Shown here piece by piece: positions 61,808-64,000 of a stretch of 64,000 nucleotides of DNA (position 1 is its first letter; each line of letters opens with the position of its first letter). The stretch is from a virus (taxonomy: Duplodnaviria; Caudoviricetes), in the IMG/VR virus record IMGVR_UViG_2854395284_000001, positions 27,345-91,344 of that record, one strand, 5' to 3'. A program made the translations under genes and the position numbers. The notes under the pieces are model-generated. The model saw nothing but the letters and a program-made list of their open reading frames with translations. It was not told where the DNA came from and searched no databases.

Positions 61808-63954
61808 GCTGACCCGCGCGGAAAAGAAACAGATAGCGGCGGTTATCCGGCAGGCAAAGGGGGACGGCAAAGCCCACACCGCACAGCAGACCATTCCCTA
61901 CCTTGCCATGTACCCGGACGGTATCTGCAAAGTGGCACAGCGGAAATATTCAAAGAGCATTGCCTTTGAGGACATCAACTATCAGCTTGCACAGGCAGAC
62001 GATAAGACCGCCATTTTTGAAAACTGGTGCGATTTTCTCAACTACTTTGACGCAAGCGTGAACGTGCAGCTTTCTTTCATCAATCAAGGCTCACAGCAGG
62101 AACAGGCAGCGCTGGCAATCCATATCCCGCTGCAAAATGACGATTTTAACTCTATCCGCACTGAGTATTCCGATATGCTGAAATCGCAGCTTGCCAAAGG
62201 GAACAACGGGCTTGTCAAGCATAAGTACATCACATTTTCCATTGAAGCGGACAATCCGGCGGCAGCAAGGGCGCGGCTTTCCCGTATTGAAACAGACGTA
62301 CTCAATAATTTTAAGGTGCTTGGGGTATCGGCGCACCCCTTATCCGGCTATGAACGCCTAAAGGTGCTGCATGGGGTATTCCACCCGGCAGGCGAGCCGT
62401 TCTCATTCTCTTATGACTGGCTGACCCCGACGGGGCTTACCACAAAGGACTTTATCGCCCCGTCCTCTTTCAAGTTCGGGGAGGGACGCTACTTTGCTAT
62501 GGGGAAAAAGACGGGGGCGGTATCGTTCCTTGAAATCCTTGCCCCGGAGTTAAACGACCGTATCTTAGCGGATATGTTGGACTTGGAAACAGGCGTTATT
62601 GTCAATCTCCACATTAAAAGTATCGACCAGTCGGAAGCAATCAAGACCATTAAGCGCAAAATCACTGACCTTGACAAGATGAAGATTGAGGAACAGAAAA
62701 AAGCGGTTAGAAGCGGTTACGATATGGATATAATCCCGTCCGACCTTGCCACCTTTGGAAATGAAGCAAAGAACCTGTTGCAGGATTTACAGAGCCGCAA
62801 CGAGCGAATGTTTCTTCTCACGTTCCTTGTGGTAAACATGACAGACACGAAGCGGAAACTGGAAAATGACATTTTCGCGGCGGCGGGCATTGCACAGAAA
62901 TACAACTGCGCCCTGACCCGTCTTGACTATCAGCAGGAAGCGGGGCTGATGTCCTCTATCCCTTTGGGGGAGAACCTTATCCCGATACAACGGGGACTTA
63001 CCACATCAAGCACCGCTATTTTTATCCCGTTCATCACGCAGGAGCTATTTCAGACCGGGTCTGCCCTGTATTATGGGCTGAACGCTTTAAGCAACAACAT
63101 GATACTCTGCGACCGCAAGCAGCTTAAAAACCCGAATGGGCTTATCTTGGGAACACCGGGCAGCGGAAAATCCTTTGCGGCAAAGCGGGAAATCACAAAC
63201 GCCTTTCTCATTACTGACGATGATATTTTTATCTGCGACCCGGAAGCCGAGTATTTTGCCCTTGTCAAGCGGCTTGGCGGGCAAGTGATACGCTTATCCC
63301 CGACCGGGAAAGGCATGGACGGCAAGCCCCAGTATGTGAACCCTATGGATATGAACCTTAATTACAGCGAGGACGACAGCCCCCTTGCACTGAAAAGTGA
63401 TTTTATCCTGTCCCTCTGCGAGCTTGTCATTGGCGGCAAGGAGGGCTTGCAGCCCGTTGATAAGACCGTCATTGACCGCGCCGTAAGGAATGTGTACCGG
63501 GACTACCTTGCTGACCCCGACCCGGCAAAAATGCCTATCTTGGGCGACCTTTACGACGAGCTGTTAAAACAGCCGGAGCCGGAAGCTGCCCGCATTGCAG
63601 CGGCATTGGAGCTGTATGTTTCCGGCAGTCTTAACGTATTCAACCACAGAACGAATGTGGAGCTTTCTAACCGCCTTGTCTGCTTTGACATTAAGCAGCT
63701 TGGGAAGCAGCTCAAAAAGTTAGGTATGCTCATTGTGCAAGACCAGATATGGAACCGCGTTACCATTAACCGGGCAGAAAAGAAATCTACCCGCTACTAT
63801 ATGGACGAATTTCACTTGCTCTTAAAAGAGGAACAGACCGCCGCTTACAGTGTGGAGATTTGGAAGCGTTTTAGAAAATGGGGAGGCATACCCACAGCTA
63901 TCACGCAGAACATTAAGGACTTGCTTGCTTCCCGCGAGGTGGAAAATATCTTTG
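61755..63954 (+). CDS. virB4: VirB4/TraE conjugation ATPase, 5' exon
   Basis: GTPGSGKS, MDEFH, TAITQN; breaks at ENIF where the intron begins. Confidence 0.92.
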
Positions 63955-64000
63955 GTGCGACACGTTGACGCACAAACATCACGCTATGAGGGTAATACTT
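63955..64000 (+). mobile_element. 5' end of a group II intron
   Basis: GTGCG consensus exactly where the VirB4 frame is lost; only 46 nt visible. Confidence 0.7.

Larger units (their letters stand above)
55946..64000 (+). mobile_element. Tn916/Tn1549-type integrative conjugative element (left part)
   Basis: Abrupt GC increase and strand switch; Tn916-like end repeats; T4SS genes in Tn1549-like order. Confidence 0.9.

Noticed and set aside
1-64000. CRISPR array, DGR/retron or rRNA
   Set aside because: No repeat-spacer array, no reverse transcriptase ORF and no rRNA-like sequence seen in this window

Overview
Bases 1 to ~55945 are an AT-rich segment of a large SPbeta-like temperate Firmicutes phage or prophage, read almost entirely on the minus strand. 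It carries UvrD helicase, a YonO-type single-subunit RNA polymerase, PIN-PhoH, ClpP, HU, a tyrosine recombinase, six tRNAs, a probable GOLLD-type large ncRNA, an IscB/omegaRNA element, free-standing homing endonucleases, and the terminase-portal-capsid-tail-holin-tape measure module. From ~55946 a higher-GC Tn916/Tn1549-type ICE (VirD4, VirB6, PrgI, VirB4) is inserted into a phage gene, and its virB4 is cut by the 5' end of a group II intron. Five group I introns can be reconstructed by hand: two in the terminase large subunit and three in the tape measure gene. The main find is the third tape-measure intron (7446->1744, 5703 nt). It has a complete ribozyme core at its 5' end and an internal guide sequence that pairs over 11 contiguous bp with the predicted ligated exons. 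About 5.2 kb of cargo lies looped out downstream of that core: at least six antisense moron-like genes, at least two with their own promoter motifs. This looks like a self-splicing intron serving as an accessory-gene hotspot inside an essential virion gene. All calls are from reading the sequence; no searches or folding programs were run.
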